A DNA stretch of 64,000 nucleotides. It comes from Solirubrobacterales bacterium. GTDB taxonomy: Bacteria > Actinomycetota > Thermoleophilia > Solirubrobacterales > Solirubrobacteraceae. The notes under the pieces are model-generated. The model saw only the letters and a program-made list of their open reading frames with translations. It searched no databases and was not told the origin of the DNA. The stretch is taken from NCBI GenBank assembly GCA_044446485.1, contig JBIOEX010000003.1, forward strand, positions 18,217 through 82,216, written 5' to 3'. Shown here piece by piece: positions 8,912 to 19,461 of the stretch. The translations under genes were made by a program, and so were the position numbers. Position 1 is the stretch's first letter, and the number at the start of each line of letters is the position of its first letter.

Positions 8912-9006
8912 ACCATAACTTTGCTGCTCTGACTGCGTGATTGACCGCCAGGAGGAGCTCGATCGAGGTTACGGCTACAGAGCGGTGTAGCCTGATCATT
9001 GCTTTG

Positions 9007-10212
9007 TCAGAATCCCATGTGAGCTAGCTTCGCGGCTGTCCCACGCCGGATGTCCATGCGATCCTGCACCTGCGCCGACCCAGATTCGGCGATGTCCCGC
9101 ATTCGTCGCCTTTCATCGACCAGCCGCTCGAGACACTGTCGGACCAGATCCGGGGTGGGCTCACAGTCAAGGTAGTGAACACCAGGTGTCAGTACACGGT
9201 GGTCGCGAGCGGGGTTGGCAGAGATCAAGAGGCAGCCACTGCTCATCGCGTCCGCCGCCGCCTGGGTGGGGAATCCGTCTGTCACACCCGAGAACGTCCC
9301 TGGCGGACCTGGAGCTTCGGCCGACACTGGCGAGACAAAGACATGGACCCCCCGATGGAGCTCTCGAAGCCCGGCGGGAGACAACCAGCCGTGAAAGGTA
9401 GCGAGATCCCCCGCAAGCTCCCCACGCCGATGTGTGTGGGGACCCACTACGTGGAGATGAAAGTCCGCCGCGTCAAGGCCAGTAAAGGCGCTTAATACGA
9501 CATCGACGCCCTTACGTGGAGACTGGTCTCCCGCGAATAGGCACTGAATCGGCTGGTCGTTGGCCCATCGATCGCCGGTCTGCTTGTAGAAGCGCGTCTC
9601 GGTGAATGCTTGCGCAACAGGTGTGACGCCGGAGACGTTCGAGAGCACCTCAGGTACGTAAGAGAATGTTCTTCCCATACGAGCCACCAACGCCCTGGTC
9701 ACGTCCAGTCCCTCGGGGTCGGGTGTGAACCCTCCGCCTGGATAGATGCTTCCGTGCAGTGTTATCCCTGCTTGGCGTAGATCGCTGGAGATATCCAACC
9801 CCTCCATCGGGTGAGGAGACACCGGGTCGGTTGGGTGAAGACCCGCAAGGCCGGCCAGAAACAGCTGGAACACTCCATATGCATCGGTGATGCCAGCCCG
9901 CATGGCAATAGTTGGGAACTCGCTCAGTGGATGGACGTTCGCCGGGAAGGGGTCGGCGACCTTCCACATTGAAAAGAACAAGGTGTCGGGCGCTAACTCC
10001 AGCAGTGCAGCAGCCTCGTGATAGCGAAAGCCGCTGCGCTGCCAGGGAAAAGTACTGTCGAGATAAGCGAGTCGGCGATGACCCTGCCAGAGGGCGGTGC
10101 GGGCACGGTGTGCAACGACACGAGCCTTACCGGACCGACGCACCTGCGGTCGATCTTGGTTGACCTGGTCTACTGGCAATGCGTAGGTCGCCACGAACTG
10201 CGCGAAGTCCAT
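9007..10212 (-). CDS. Glycosyltransferase, GT4/GT-B fold
   Basis: LFAGDQSPRKGVD, FHGWL, VFVSP...DGFPTQAAADAMSSG. Confidence 0.8.
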   Translation of the reverse strand: MDFAQFVATYALPVDQVNQDRPQVRRSGKARVVAHRARTALWQGHRRLAYLDSTFPWQRSGFRYHEAAALLELAPDTLFFSMWKVADPFPANVHPLSEFPTIAMRAGITDAYGVFQLFLAGLAGLHPTDPVSPHPMEGLDISSDLRQAGITLHGSIYPGGGFTPDPEGLDVTRALVARMGRTFSYVPEVLSNVSGVTPVAQAFTETRFYKQTGDRWANDQPIQCLFAGDQSPRKGVDVVLSAFTGLDAADFHLHVVGPHTHRRGELAGDLATFHGWLSPAGLRELHRGVHVFVSPVSAEAPGPPGTFSGVTDGFPTQAAADAMSSGCLLISANPARDHRVLTPGVHYLDCEPTPDLVRQCLERLVDERRRMRDIAESGSAQVQDRMDIRRGTAAKLAHMGF

Positions 10213-10224
10213 CGTCCAGTCTTC

Positions 10225-10968
10225 CTAGAAGGCGGTGGTCCACCGCTCGGGTGAGCCCTCGCCGCGCAGGCGAAAGACGGCGAAGTCGTTGCCAGCGTTG
10301 TCATCGACCCCAATGCCCTTTATATCCGACAGTTGGAAGATGAGATCATGCTCGGCGTACATCTGCTCGAACACCGGATGCACCGATGGCCAGCTCGCGT
10401 CATCCAAGACCACATATCCCCCCACGCTGACTCGCGGCACATAAAGCTCTGCATCGCGCGCGACCGCGTCTCGATCATGATTGCCGTCGATATGGAGCAG
10501 GTCAATAGTGCCGGGGGCGAACTGGTCAGCCACATCCTCTGAGCGGGCGCGCACCAGATTGCAGCGCGTCTGCAGCCCTAGCTGATCGGCTGTCCGTTGC
10601 ACTCCCTCATATAGATCATCCCAGTCGACCTCATCCGCCCAGTGCTCAAGGTCTATCTGGCGGTGATGCTCGTCATGCTGCTCGGCCGCCAACGCCGCAT
10701 AGGGGTCGATGCCAAACACCTCCCCACCTTCCCTCCACTGCATCAGCATCGCTAGGGGCAAGAGCAAACGGCCGCGATACACGCCGATCTCCACCATGCG
10801 GATCACCGGCCGCGCGATGATCAGGTCAGCAAGCACGAGCATCTTGAGCCGGCTTGCTCCTCCTCCATCATCCACAGGAATGGTGTCCAGCACCTGTTCC
10901 ATCTTCACAAGCAGGCTCTCGTCCACCAGTCGCCCTGCTCGCCGGGAGACCCTCTCTGGGTCAGCCAT
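10225..10968 (-). CDS. Class I SAM methyltransferase (Methyltransf_24-like)
   Basis: VEIGVYRG, GIDPY, IDLLHIDGNH, GGYVVLDD; ATG 10968 overlaps upstream stop. Confidence 0.88.
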   Translation of the reverse strand: MADPERVSRRAGRLVDESLLVKMEQVLDTIPVDDGGGASRLKMLVLADLIIARPVIRMVEIGVYRGRLLLPLAMLMQWREGGEVFGIDPYAALAAEQHDEHHRQIDLEHWADEVDWDDLYEGVQRTADQLGLQTRCNLVRARSEDVADQFAPGTIDLLHIDGNHDRDAVARDAELYVPRVSVGGYVVLDDASWPSVHPVFEQMYAEHDLIFQLSDIKGIGVDDNAGNDFAVFRLRGEGSPERWTTAF

Positions 10969-12028
10969 GCTGCGTCTCGCTCTCCACGTATCCATGAGCC
11001 TTGATCATGTCCTCGCGCCAACGGCGCCCCCAATCCGAGCGTGGCTCGAACCAGTAGGTAACGACCGCTCGGTCAAGAAACGCGAACTTTACACCAGCCT
11101 CCCAGAGCCTTCGGGTAAGGTTCTTGTCCCCGGGCTCATCGGCCAGATAAGCGTTCATGTCGTAGTGAAAGCGTGCGAGCCCTCCGTGACAAAGCGAAGC
11201 TTGGAAGGCCATCGCACCTTCCATCGGAGGAAAGACATCGCCGAACTCGTGGTCAATCAGCTTTCCGTTCGACACGTCTACCATCCGCCACTTTCCATAG
11301 ACGATCTCTGCACGAGTTCGCTTGGCTTCCGCGAGCAGAATCTCCAGATGATCGTCGTCCCACTCGTCGTCGTGGTCCAAAGCGGCGATCCAAGCGCCTC
11401 GCGCTCGTTCGAGCGCACGATTCATTCCCGGAATCCCGGCAACGTACCATCGCGCCGTCTCATCGGTCGGATATGGCCCACGCATCGGCCGATTCTCGAA
11501 AGAGATCCGCGGATCTCCGATCGCGGCCAAACGCTCACCCGTGTCATCGGAGCAAGCATCGCCTACGATGATCGCCTCCCAATTCTTATAGGTCTGGCGC
11601 AAGAGTGAGGGCAACGTACGCTCGACGAGGATCTCGGCGTTGTTATAGGTGGCGATCCTAACTGTGATCAGCGGTTCACCCTCCCACGCCTGCTCGAAGC
11701 CCTCCTCGCAACGCATGGCGCTGACCTGAGCTGACCACTGCGCTGGCGCCTCATAGACGCGGGCTATCAATGCCTGGGTAGCGCGCAGGCGACGGTCGAG
11801 TTGCTCGTTGAGGTGGCGCATCTGCGCGTCGAGGCCGCGCACCCACCCGTCGAGTCCCTCCATACGACCGACCATCTCCGATTGACTGGCGAGAAGGTCC
11901 CGCGTTGCCACTACCACTTCGTTTGACTCCCGACCACGGCGCTGCCATGAGCGCAGAGCACGCCTCAGCAGGGGTATGCGCCCAGCCACCGAGCGATCGA
12001 TGGGGGACGTTTTAGCGGAGGGCGTCAT
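10961..12028 (-). CDS. GT2 glycosyltransferase with N-terminal coiled coil
   Basis: PLITVRIATYN, IIVGD, AALDHDD; start uncertain (frame open to 12085). Confidence 0.85.
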   Translation of the reverse strand: MTPSAKTSPIDRSVAGRIPLLRRALRSWQRRGRESNEVVVATRDLLASQSEMVGRMEGLDGWVRGLDAQMRHLNEQLDRRLRATQALIARVYEAPAQWSAQVSAMRCEEGFEQAWEGEPLITVRIATYNNAEILVERTLPSLLRQTYKNWEAIIVGDACSDDTGERLAAIGDPRISFENRPMRGPYPTDETARWYVAGIPGMNRALERARGAWIAALDHDDEWDDDHLEILLAEAKRTRAEIVYGKWRMVDVSNGKLIDHEFGDVFPPMEGAMAFQASLCHGGLARFHYDMNAYLADEPGDKNLTRRLWEAGVKFAFLDRAVVTYWFEPRSDWGRRWREDMIKAHGYVESETQHG

Positions 12029-12189
12029 CGTGAGTGCGGAGAGCAGCGGCTCTCCATACTCATCATTCCAAACTAGCCGGATCACCGACGGTGTGCTCGC
12101 CGCCTGCGGCCGACGACTGGTGACGGGGAGGGTCGCGGTACGCCGAGCCTTTAGGATGTAGCCACTGATGATGGGCTAGGCTTTGGCCG

Positions 12190-13380
12190 TTGACCGAGCG
12201 GCCTGAGCCCCAGCACATCCGGTTTCAGCGCCCGTCGCTGCCGAACGCCTCCCAGATCGACCGATACCTTGAGCTGTCGCGCGAAGCTCGCTGGTTTAGC
12301 AACAGCGGCCCGTGTTGGTGTTTGCTGCGTGATCGCTTGGCCGACCGCGTCGGTGCCTACTGCGTCCCCGTTGCCAGTGGCACCCTGGGGCTAATGGCTG
12401 CCACCGCATCGCTGCGGCAAGCAAGCCACGACTCCAGGACATCCGGTGCGCTGATGCCATCATTTACTTTTCTGGCAACCGCGCAGGCGGCGATCTGGGG
12501 TGGCCTCCAGCCACGGCTGATTGACGTCGACCCAGCCCACTGGCACATGGACGCCTCTCGCCTTGAACGCATCCTGCGCGACCATCGCGGCGACCTGTCC
12601 CTCGTCATAGCGGTGTCCACATTCGGCACTCCTCCCCCCAGTGAGACTCGCCTGAGGTGGGAGCACGCGTGCCGATCGGCAGGCGTGCCCTTGATCGTCG
12701 ACTCGGCGGCAGCTTTCGGCGCAGTAGCTGACGATGGCGTGCCCATCGGAGCGCAGGGCGACGTGGAGGTCGTCTCCTTCCATGCCACCAAGCCATTTGC
12801 GATCGGCGAGGGCGGTGCCGTTTTCACGCGAGATCGAGCCCTCTACGAGAAGATCGAACTCGCTGTGAACTTCGGCCTCAAACCGGATCGATCGGTGGCG
12901 ATGGCGATGGGGCTGAACGCCAAGATGAGCGAGCTCCACGCGGCCACCGCGCTTGCCGTTCTCGACGAATACGAGCCGATCCTCGAAAGCAGACGACGCA
13001 CGGCGGCGCGGATCCGCGCTCAGGCCGACCCGGACATCACCTGGCAGGCCGGCTGTGAGCGCTCTACCTGGCAGTTCGTCCCAGTGGTGTTCCCGGATGC
13101 CGATCATCGCAGAAGGGCCGAAGGATGGTGCGGAGATCTAGTCGAGGTGCGGACGTACTATGAGCCGCTGCACTTGATGGAGCCGTTTGGCGGTTATCCA
13201 GTCCTGGATGGCGGGCTCGCGTGCACGGAGGAGCTCTGCGACCGGGTGCTTTGTCTCCCGATGGCCAACGACCTGTCCGACGAGGAGATTCTGGCAATCG
13301 GTGCCATAGTCGGCGCAGACCAGCGGGGGTCAAACGTGAGTGTGTATGGCGCGGCCGATCCATCTGACCTGATCGCCTAG
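12190..13380 (+). CDS. DegT/DnrJ/EryC1/StrS PLP sugar aminotransferase
   Basis: PSFTFLAT, VDSAAAFG, SFHATK (PLP Lys), GEGG, NAKMSE. Confidence 0.92.
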   Translation: MTERPEPQHIRFQRPSLPNASQIDRYLELSREARWFSNSGPCWCLLRDRLADRVGAYCVPVASGTLGLMAATASLRQASHDSRTSGALMPSFTFLATAQAAIWGGLQPRLIDVDPAHWHMDASRLERILRDHRGDLSLVIAVSTFGTPPPSETRLRWEHACRSAGVPLIVDSAAAFGAVADDGVPIGAQGDVEVVSFHATKPFAIGEGGAVFTRDRALYEKIELAVNFGLKPDRSVAMAMGLNAKMSELHAATALAVLDEYEPILESRRRTAARIRAQADPDITWQAGCERSTWQFVPVVFPDADHRRRAEGWCGDLVEVRTYYEPLHLMEPFGGYPVLDGGLACTEELCDRVLCLPMANDLSDEEILAIGAIVGADQRGSNVSVYGAADPSDLIA

Positions 13381-13391
13381 CCTTCGGATGA

Positions 13392-14027
13392 TCAGCGGCG
13401 CATGCGACGAGCCGGCACGCCGACCACGGTCTCACCCCTCCGCACCGGCCGCGTGACCACGGCACCAGCTCCCACCACGGCATGAGCGCCGATGTCGATG
13501 TCGGGCAGGACGACGGCTCCAGTGCCGATCTCAACCGACTCGCCGATAATCGCCCGCCCGGCGAGCACGGCGCCCGGATCGATGACCGCGAAGTCGCAGA
13601 CCACGGCGTCGTGCTCGATGATCGCGCCACTGTTCACGAGCGCGCCGCGACCAATCTGGGCGCCAGGACCAATGATCGCATGGGCCAGCACCTGCACGCC
13701 GGAAGCGATCGCGGCACTCGACGCCACATGCGCTGAGGGATGAACAAGAGACGGTAGAGCCAGACCCGCGGCCTCTGCAGCGGCGACGATCCCAGCACGG
13801 CCCTCAGTTGCCCCGAAGCCTAGAACGAGACCCTCGACGCCGTCTTGGACCAGGCGCGGGAGATCTGCGCCCGAGCCGATCACCGACAGCCCCGCTATAC
13901 GTCGGCCTACGTTGGCGGGCTGGTCGTCGATCAAACCAACCACGTCGAAGTCCTCTGAGGCGAGTAGCTCCTCGATCACTACCCGCGCATGACCGTTAGG
14001 TCTCGAGCCATACACTGCCACGCGCAT
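13392..14027 (-). CDS. NeuD/PglD/VioB-family sugar acetyltransferase
   Basis: N-terminal Rossmann-like GHARVV, hexapeptide repeats, IIEHD, VVGVPAR. Confidence 0.9.
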   Translation of the reverse strand: MRVAVYGSRPNGHARVVIEELLASEDFDVVGLIDDQPANVGRRIAGLSVIGSGADLPRLVQDGVEGLVLGFGATEGRAGIVAAAEAAGLALPSLVHPSAHVASSAAIASGVQVLAHAIIGPGAQIGRGALVNSGAIIEHDAVVCDFAVIDPGAVLAGRAIIGESVEIGTGAVVLPDIDIGAHAVVGAGAVVTRPVRRGETVVGVPARRMRR

Positions 14028-14068
14028 CCGGCGAGACTAGCGCCCGCTCGGCACCTTAGTCTTAGTTG

Positions 14069-15031
14069 ATGGCCATTTCTCAGTCAGACGCATACGCCGC
14101 GCAGCAGGCGATCGAGCATCTGGAGCAACGAATCGAGGAGCTGGAGAATCAGCTCGGACGCCTTCGCGAGCTGACGGTGCGATCCTATGAGGGCACGCCA
14201 CAAGCCGCTGCCGAGCTGCTCAGAGCACGCCGTGACTCCTCATATGACGATGCGTTCGGCTCGACCCCCCTCGTATCGGTGCGGATCGGTACTTTCAACG
14301 GCGGGAACATCCTCTTCGAGCGCGCGCTGGGCAGTGTGCTTCGACAGAGCTATGCCAACTGGGAGGCGATCGTTGTATGCGATGGACCGGAACCCAGCAC
14401 GGCGGCGCGGATCGCCTCGCTCGAAGATGAGCGCATCCGGTGCGTGCAGCGTCCCCGCAATGGCCCCTACCCGACCCACGTCCCGGCCCGCTGGCAGGTG
14501 GCCGGGACGCACCCGTTCAACGAGGGATTCGCCCTCGCTCGCGGCTCGTGGATCGCCCCCATCGACCAAGACGACGAATGGAGCGACAATCATCTGGAGG
14601 TGCTTCTGGCCGCAGCGCAGCACACGCGCGCCGAGGTCGCCTATGGCGTCGCTCGAGCCCTTGTAGGCACCGAGGGCGAGACCTATTTCGGCGCATGGCC
14701 CCCGGCGCTCGGCGACTTCGGCTTCCAGGCAGCGATATACCACGCTTCCCTGACCGCCTTCCTTTACGACGTCAACGCGCATCTGGTGGATGAGCCCGCC
14801 GACTGGAACCTGGCGCGTCGCATGCTAGAGGCTGGCGTCCGGTTCGAGTTCGCGGAGACGATCGTCACCACCTACTACGTAGAGGAGCACGCTCCCGCCG
14901 TCGACTGGTGGCGGGAGCGGCTGCGTCAGCGTGGACGATTTCCGCTGGAGCGGGTCGATCCCGACGTCCAGAAGAGTCCAGGCACGGGTCGTGACTCCGA
15001 TACCGACGTCATGGGGAGCAGGACGCGTTAG
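14069..15031 (+). CDS. GT2 glycosyltransferase with N-terminal coiled coil (paralog of 10961-12028)
   Basis: PLVSVRIGTFN, RPRNGPYP, RWQVAG, APIDQDDEW. Confidence 0.85.
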   Translation: MAISQSDAYAAQQAIEHLEQRIEELENQLGRLRELTVRSYEGTPQAAAELLRARRDSSYDDAFGSTPLVSVRIGTFNGGNILFERALGSVLRQSYANWEAIVVCDGPEPSTAARIASLEDERIRCVQRPRNGPYPTHVPARWQVAGTHPFNEGFALARGSWIAPIDQDDEWSDNHLEVLLAAAQHTRAEVAYGVARALVGTEGETYFGAWPPALGDFGFQAAIYHASLTAFLYDVNAHLVDEPADWNLARRMLEAGVRFEFAETIVTTYYVEEHAPAVDWWRERLRQRGRFPLERVDPDVQKSPGTGRDSDTDVMGSRTR

Positions 15032-15207
15032 CTCGATCAACCGAGCGTCAGCAGACTGTGGCGATTGGCATGATGAGCACCGTCCAGTGTCACCTGCTGA
15101 ACTTATGCCACCTGACCAGACGCCGATCTGCTTTCCATTCCGTTTCTGAAGGAGTTGACCACCATCAGGCACAGCGACCGTCGACTCAAGCATTGGAGCT
15201 TTGCTAT

Positions 15208-16095
15208 ATGAAGAACTCGCCCATACGTCAATACCGGCTGGAGGCTCTGCCAGTATTTGCAGACGATCCGTGGCAGATGTCCTACGGAGAGAGAACCGTG
15301 CTCGAGGGGATGCTGAGCATGATCAAGCCAAGTCTTGCCCTTGAGATAGGTCGCGCCGAGGGCGGCAGCCTGCGACGGATCGCCGCACATTCCGAGAGGG
15401 TCATCTCCCTCGATCTGGTTGACGCGTCACATGACATCATGAGCCTGCCAAACGTCCGGGCGCTATCGGGCGACAGCCACGCGCTGCTACCGGCAGAGCT
15501 TGAGCATGCCGCAGCTACTGAGGACAACATCGACTTCGTGCTGGTCGACGGAGACCATTCAGCCCAAGGGGTTCGCCAAGACATGGAGGATCTGCTCAAC
15601 TCTCGGGCGATCAGCCAGACCGTGATACTTGCGCACGACACCCTCAACGAGGAGGTTCGCCAGGGTCTCCAAGAAGTCGACTATGAGGCCCACGAGCATC
15701 TTGCCTGGATAGACCTGGATTTCGTGCCGGGCTATGTAGCACGTCTGCCTGAGCGCTTTGGTGAGTGCTGGGGAGGCCTCGGGCTGATAGTCATCGACGA
15801 CGGCAGAGCCTTTCGGTCCGGCGGCGCACGACATAGCGAGCACTTGGTCGAACAGCCCAAGCTCGTGTGGCCCGTGGCCCAATGGCTGCGAACACAGGGC
15901 GTCCAAGCGGACGCTCAACTCACAGACCTAGAGCTTATTCCAGCAGCAGCCATGCATCGATGCAAAGAGGAGTCCTTGATGCTGCAGGCTGATCTCGAAC
16001 GACACCAGGCGTGGCTGCGCGGAATCCAGAGTTCTGCAAGTTGGCGTCTGACGTCGCCTCTTCGCAACCTCAAGCGCAGGCTGCTTCAGCGCTGA
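15208..16095 (+). CDS. Class I SAM methyltransferase with short coiled coil and SWRLTSPLR tail
   Basis: LEIGRAEGGS, FVLVDGDHS, LAHD; GGAG RBS before ATG 15208. Confidence 0.85.
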   Translation: MKNSPIRQYRLEALPVFADDPWQMSYGERTVLEGMLSMIKPSLALEIGRAEGGSLRRIAAHSERVISLDLVDASHDIMSLPNVRALSGDSHALLPAELEHAAATEDNIDFVLVDGDHSAQGVRQDMEDLLNSRAISQTVILAHDTLNEEVRQGLQEVDYEAHEHLAWIDLDFVPGYVARLPERFGECWGGLGLIVIDDGRAFRSGGARHSEHLVEQPKLVWPVAQWLRTQGVQADAQLTDLELIPAAAMHRCKEESLMLQADLERHQAWLRGIQSSASWRLTSPLRNLKRRLLQR

Positions 16096-16123
16096 TCCTC
16101 CTTGTCACCGTGCCGGGCAAAGC

Positions 16124-18070
16124 TCAACGCGGAATGCGGAGCCCGCTTAGCAGCCGAGGGGCATGCTCGGCGGTTGCCGCGTACGCGTCTGATGTTGACA
16201 TGTTGGTCTGTGAGATCATCGAACTGTGAGCAACGCGGTAGCGCCCAATGATCTCGGGTACAAACGCCGCGTGCCGACCTGACTCGGCCATGCGCGCCCA
16301 CAGGTCGTAGTCCTCCCATCCGTACAGGCGCGGATCGGATGAATATCCGCCAAGCGCTAGCAGCTCCTCAGCTCGGATCAGCGAGAACGCATCGATGTAG
16401 TTGCCAATCCGCAGCCGTTCGGGGTCCCACCCAAAGCTGCTAAGCAGGCCAACCGAGCCGTCGCTGGTGAACTGCTCCATAATCCCGTAGGCGAAGCTGG
16501 CCTTGGGATCCGCGTCAAGTGCATCCATGAGACGCGCGAGGGCGACCGGACGCACTTCATTATCGGCGTCGAGCATCAGCAGCCGTCCGGTTCGCGCCTG
16601 TTGAACGCCGGTGTTGCGCGCCACCGCAAGACCCCGGTTTAGTTCGTGACGAACCAGCCTGCACGCCCGTTCGGGATGCGTCTCAATCCATTGGCGCACC
16701 GCCTCTCCACCGCCATCGGTGGAGGCGTCGTCGACCACGACCACCTCCCAGTCCGCCCGCACAGAACGCTCGACGGATGCAAGGGCGTCCAGCACCTCGT
16801 CGCGGTGATTGAAGAGCGGCGTGATCACGGTCAGTCGTGCATGTTGTCCGGAGGACCATGCCGGAGAGTCGGCGACGAGTACTGTCGTCGTCGACTCTCC
16901 GGTCTCCTCACCAAGCTGGGAGCGTTGTAGAGCGGCTACCTGGCGTCGCAGGCTTGTCAGCGCGAGCTGCTGGGCCTTGAGCGCCCGAAGGGCGAGCCCC
17001 TCGCCGACGGATATGTCGGTGCGCTCCAAAGGTTGCAGAAGAGCGTGCGGCTGCTTGGAGGTCGATTGACGCGCTCGTTCCAGTCGGCCAGCCAGCATCG
17101 ACAATTCGTCGAGTGGAACAGCGGCGATCCTCCGCGCCGCTGAAGCTAGTCGCCGCGCCGCGCCGGAGAGAGGATGCTCGTCTCGCAGCAACTCGTAGGC
17201 ATCCACGCGGATACGCTCGCGGCGCTCGGAGTCATCTATCAACGACGCACACAACAGACCGAGGGCTCCCACGCCACCAGTAACAATGTGGCGACCCCAC
17301 TGCAATGGCTCTAGGTCGGTCGAACGCTCACTGACCATGACGCAGCCGGCGCATATCGCCTCGGCAGCGCGCAACCACTCGAAGTACGGCTCATCCTCTC
17401 CATGAATGTTGATCAGCACCTTGGCGCGAGCCAGGAGATCCAGCTTGCGCTCGCCGGCAACGAACGTCGCACCACTCGACACGTTCGGACGAGAGTTATC
17501 GGACAGCCCGATGTGGCAACGAAACCGTTCGAGCACACCGGCGTAGGATGCAAGAGCCGTAGCACGACGCGGGGTAAGCCTGCCGAGAAATAGCACATCG
17601 ATGTCCTTCTCAACGCCGGCCACAAAACGATCCCACGGTTCTGTATAGCCCATTTGCAGATGCTCCGTTTGGACATCGCTGGACGCGTAGGCGCGAACCG
17701 CCCTGCGGTTGATGTCGAACACTGCCCCTGCATCTCGCGCAAGTGCGACGTTAGCGGCAAAGAACTCGCTTTTGGGCTGCTCGGCGGAGATTACAATGCT
17801 CCTGCGCAGCAGACGGGGAGGGAGACGATGGCCAGACAGGGCTACATACTCGTGCGGCGGCAGGAAGACGTGAACGCGCCGATCGTGCGGCAGCGGAAAG
17901 CCTCCGCTCATCTCGATACAAGCCGACACATTCAGCCGCTCCAGCTCGTAGACAAGCGCCTCGGCAAGCTCCACGAAAAAGCGGTTCTGCCCGCGCGCCA
18001 GTGTGAACACCAGCTCGGGAGAATCGTTCAGCTCGGGAGAGTCGGACCGATTGATCGACGTGACGCTCAC
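16124..18070 (-). CDS. Two-domain glycosyltransferase (GT-B-like N-terminus + GT2 C-terminus)
   Basis: DVLFLGRLTPRR...KVLINIH...FEWLR; then VITPLFN, VVVDDAST, LMLDADN, GWEDYDLW. Confidence 0.87.
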   Translation of the reverse strand: MSVTSINRSDSPELNDSPELVFTLARGQNRFFVELAEALVYELERLNVSACIEMSGGFPLPHDRRVHVFLPPHEYVALSGHRLPPRLLRRSIVISAEQPKSEFFAANVALARDAGAVFDINRRAVRAYASSDVQTEHLQMGYTEPWDRFVAGVEKDIDVLFLGRLTPRRATALASYAGVLERFRCHIGLSDNSRPNVSSGATFVAGERKLDLLARAKVLINIHGEDEPYFEWLRAAEAICAGCVMVSERSTDLEPLQWGRHIVTGGVGALGLLCASLIDDSERRERIRVDAYELLRDEHPLSGAARRLASAARRIAAVPLDELSMLAGRLERARQSTSKQPHALLQPLERTDISVGEGLALRALKAQQLALTSLRRQVAALQRSQLGEETGESTTTVLVADSPAWSSGQHARLTVITPLFNHRDEVLDALASVERSVRADWEVVVVDDASTDGGGEAVRQWIETHPERACRLVRHELNRGLAVARNTGVQQARTGRLLMLDADNEVRPVALARLMDALDADPKASFAYGIMEQFTSDGSVGLLSSFGWDPERLRIGNYIDAFSLIRAEELLALGGYSSDPRLYGWEDYDLWARMAESGRHAAFVPEIIGRYRVAHSSMISQTNMSTSDAYAATAEHAPRLLSGLRIPR

Positions 18071-19152
18071 CGGGTTAGGTTGCGGATGATTGCAGTGATC
18101 TGTCGAAGCGGCCGCGTCATCCTCCAGCTGCTGGACTGAACCAAAACCGTGTAACGATCCGCTGTGGCGCGCAGTAGGTCGAGATCGACGACATCGAGGC
18201 GCTCCATCAGTTCCTCGTTGAGCTCGACCAAATCACGAACCTGGGTCTCGAGCTCAGGAAGACGGGCGAGCTCCCGCTCAGCCCCCTCGAGCTGAACACG
18301 AAGCTGAGAGATTTCACTACCCTGCATGTCTCGTTCGTGGCGAGCCAACAGTTTGGCTTGCTCTTCAAGCATCGTCTGCTGCTCGTGCCAGAGGGCATCC
18401 CACCGGCGGAGCTCCACCGCCGTCGCGAGCTCAAAGGTCGGTACTCCCGTGGGAAGCTCGCTTAAGCCTGCCAGAGCCACGGTGTAGAGCTCGCTGCCAG
18501 GCTCCTCGCTCTCAAGCTTGCGTATCCGGAAGCTCTCTCCGAGATCGGAGTCCCCACCGGCGCAAAAGCTCGTATCGTCAAGGACACCCGAGGTGATCCA
18601 TGTGTGCTGACGTTCGAGCCGCACTGAGTCGAAGCGCTCAAGGAGCTCCGCTTTGAGCTCCTCGGGAGTGTACTCGTGGAGGTGGTGCGGATTGCCAGGC
18701 GGGTAGACATCCCGGTTGGGAGACGAGATCGCCAGCGTGCCGGCTGGGCCGAGCACGCGGCGGAACTCGTCGAGCGCACGTCCGGGATTCTCGAGATGCT
18801 CAATGACCTCGAAGCACACCACAAGATCAAATCGCCCGTCCTCAAACTGCAAGCTAGTCACGTCGCCGGCCTCAAGGGTCACGATCGTGGGCATCTCCGG
18901 ACGCGCCGCTTCGAGGATCTCGCATGCGCAGTCGACGCCGATGACCTCCGCAGCCCCGGCTTCTGCAAGCAACGCCGATCCATAGGCCGTGCCACAACCC
19001 GCATCGAGAACGCGTTGCCCTGCGACCAGCCCCGACACCCAGCGATAGCGAGCCAAGTGCTCGGCCTGGATGATCTCCCCCCGCATCGTCTCCGGGTCGA
19101 ACCGCTCGGGCACGTCGGTGGCCTGGGCGGCGTTTAGCGACGACGAACTCAT
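18067..19152 (-). CDS. Class I SAM methyltransferase with long coiled coil and SSSWRMTRPLR tail (WbdD-like architecture)
   Basis: EHLARY, VLDAGCGTAYG, FEVIEH, ISSPN; E/Q/L-rich heptads. Confidence 0.9.
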   Translation of the reverse strand: MSSSSLNAAQATDVPERFDPETMRGEIIQAEHLARYRWVSGLVAGQRVLDAGCGTAYGSALLAEAGAAEVIGVDCACEILEAARPEMPTIVTLEAGDVTSLQFEDGRFDLVVCFEVIEHLENPGRALDEFRRVLGPAGTLAISSPNRDVYPPGNPHHLHEYTPEELKAELLERFDSVRLERQHTWITSGVLDDTSFCAGGDSDLGESFRIRKLESEEPGSELYTVALAGLSELPTGVPTFELATAVELRRWDALWHEQQTMLEEQAKLLARHERDMQGSEISQLRVQLEGAERELARLPELETQVRDLVELNEELMERLDVVDLDLLRATADRYTVLVQSSSWRMTRPLRQITAIIRNLTR

Positions 19153-19461
19153 AGACAGCAGGATATAGACCCCGCAGATGGCCCGTCGGCCATTGAGTAC
19201 ATCGTGTAGGCGGCCGTTGTTCGATTAGGCGTGTATCGACGACCACAAGCGAGTGCACGTGGTAATCGCTTCAGGTATGGCGCTCACAATTCCTAACTGA
19301 CACCGTGCTAGCTTGAGCCCCTCCCCTGCATCTCGTTGAGCTTGGGGATCCGTTTGATTTACTAGTCTCGGTTCCGGGAACGCCCGGAAGCTGTGGCACC
19401 CTAAGTGCTCCCTCTGCGTGCGCTAGTCAGAACGATGGGTTTGCCGAGGTGGTTGCTTGAG

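Noticed and set aside
19153-19461. ncRNA or IS end near hairpin TTCCGGG-AACG-CCCGGAA (~19372-19389)
   Set aside because: A single short hairpin with no other support
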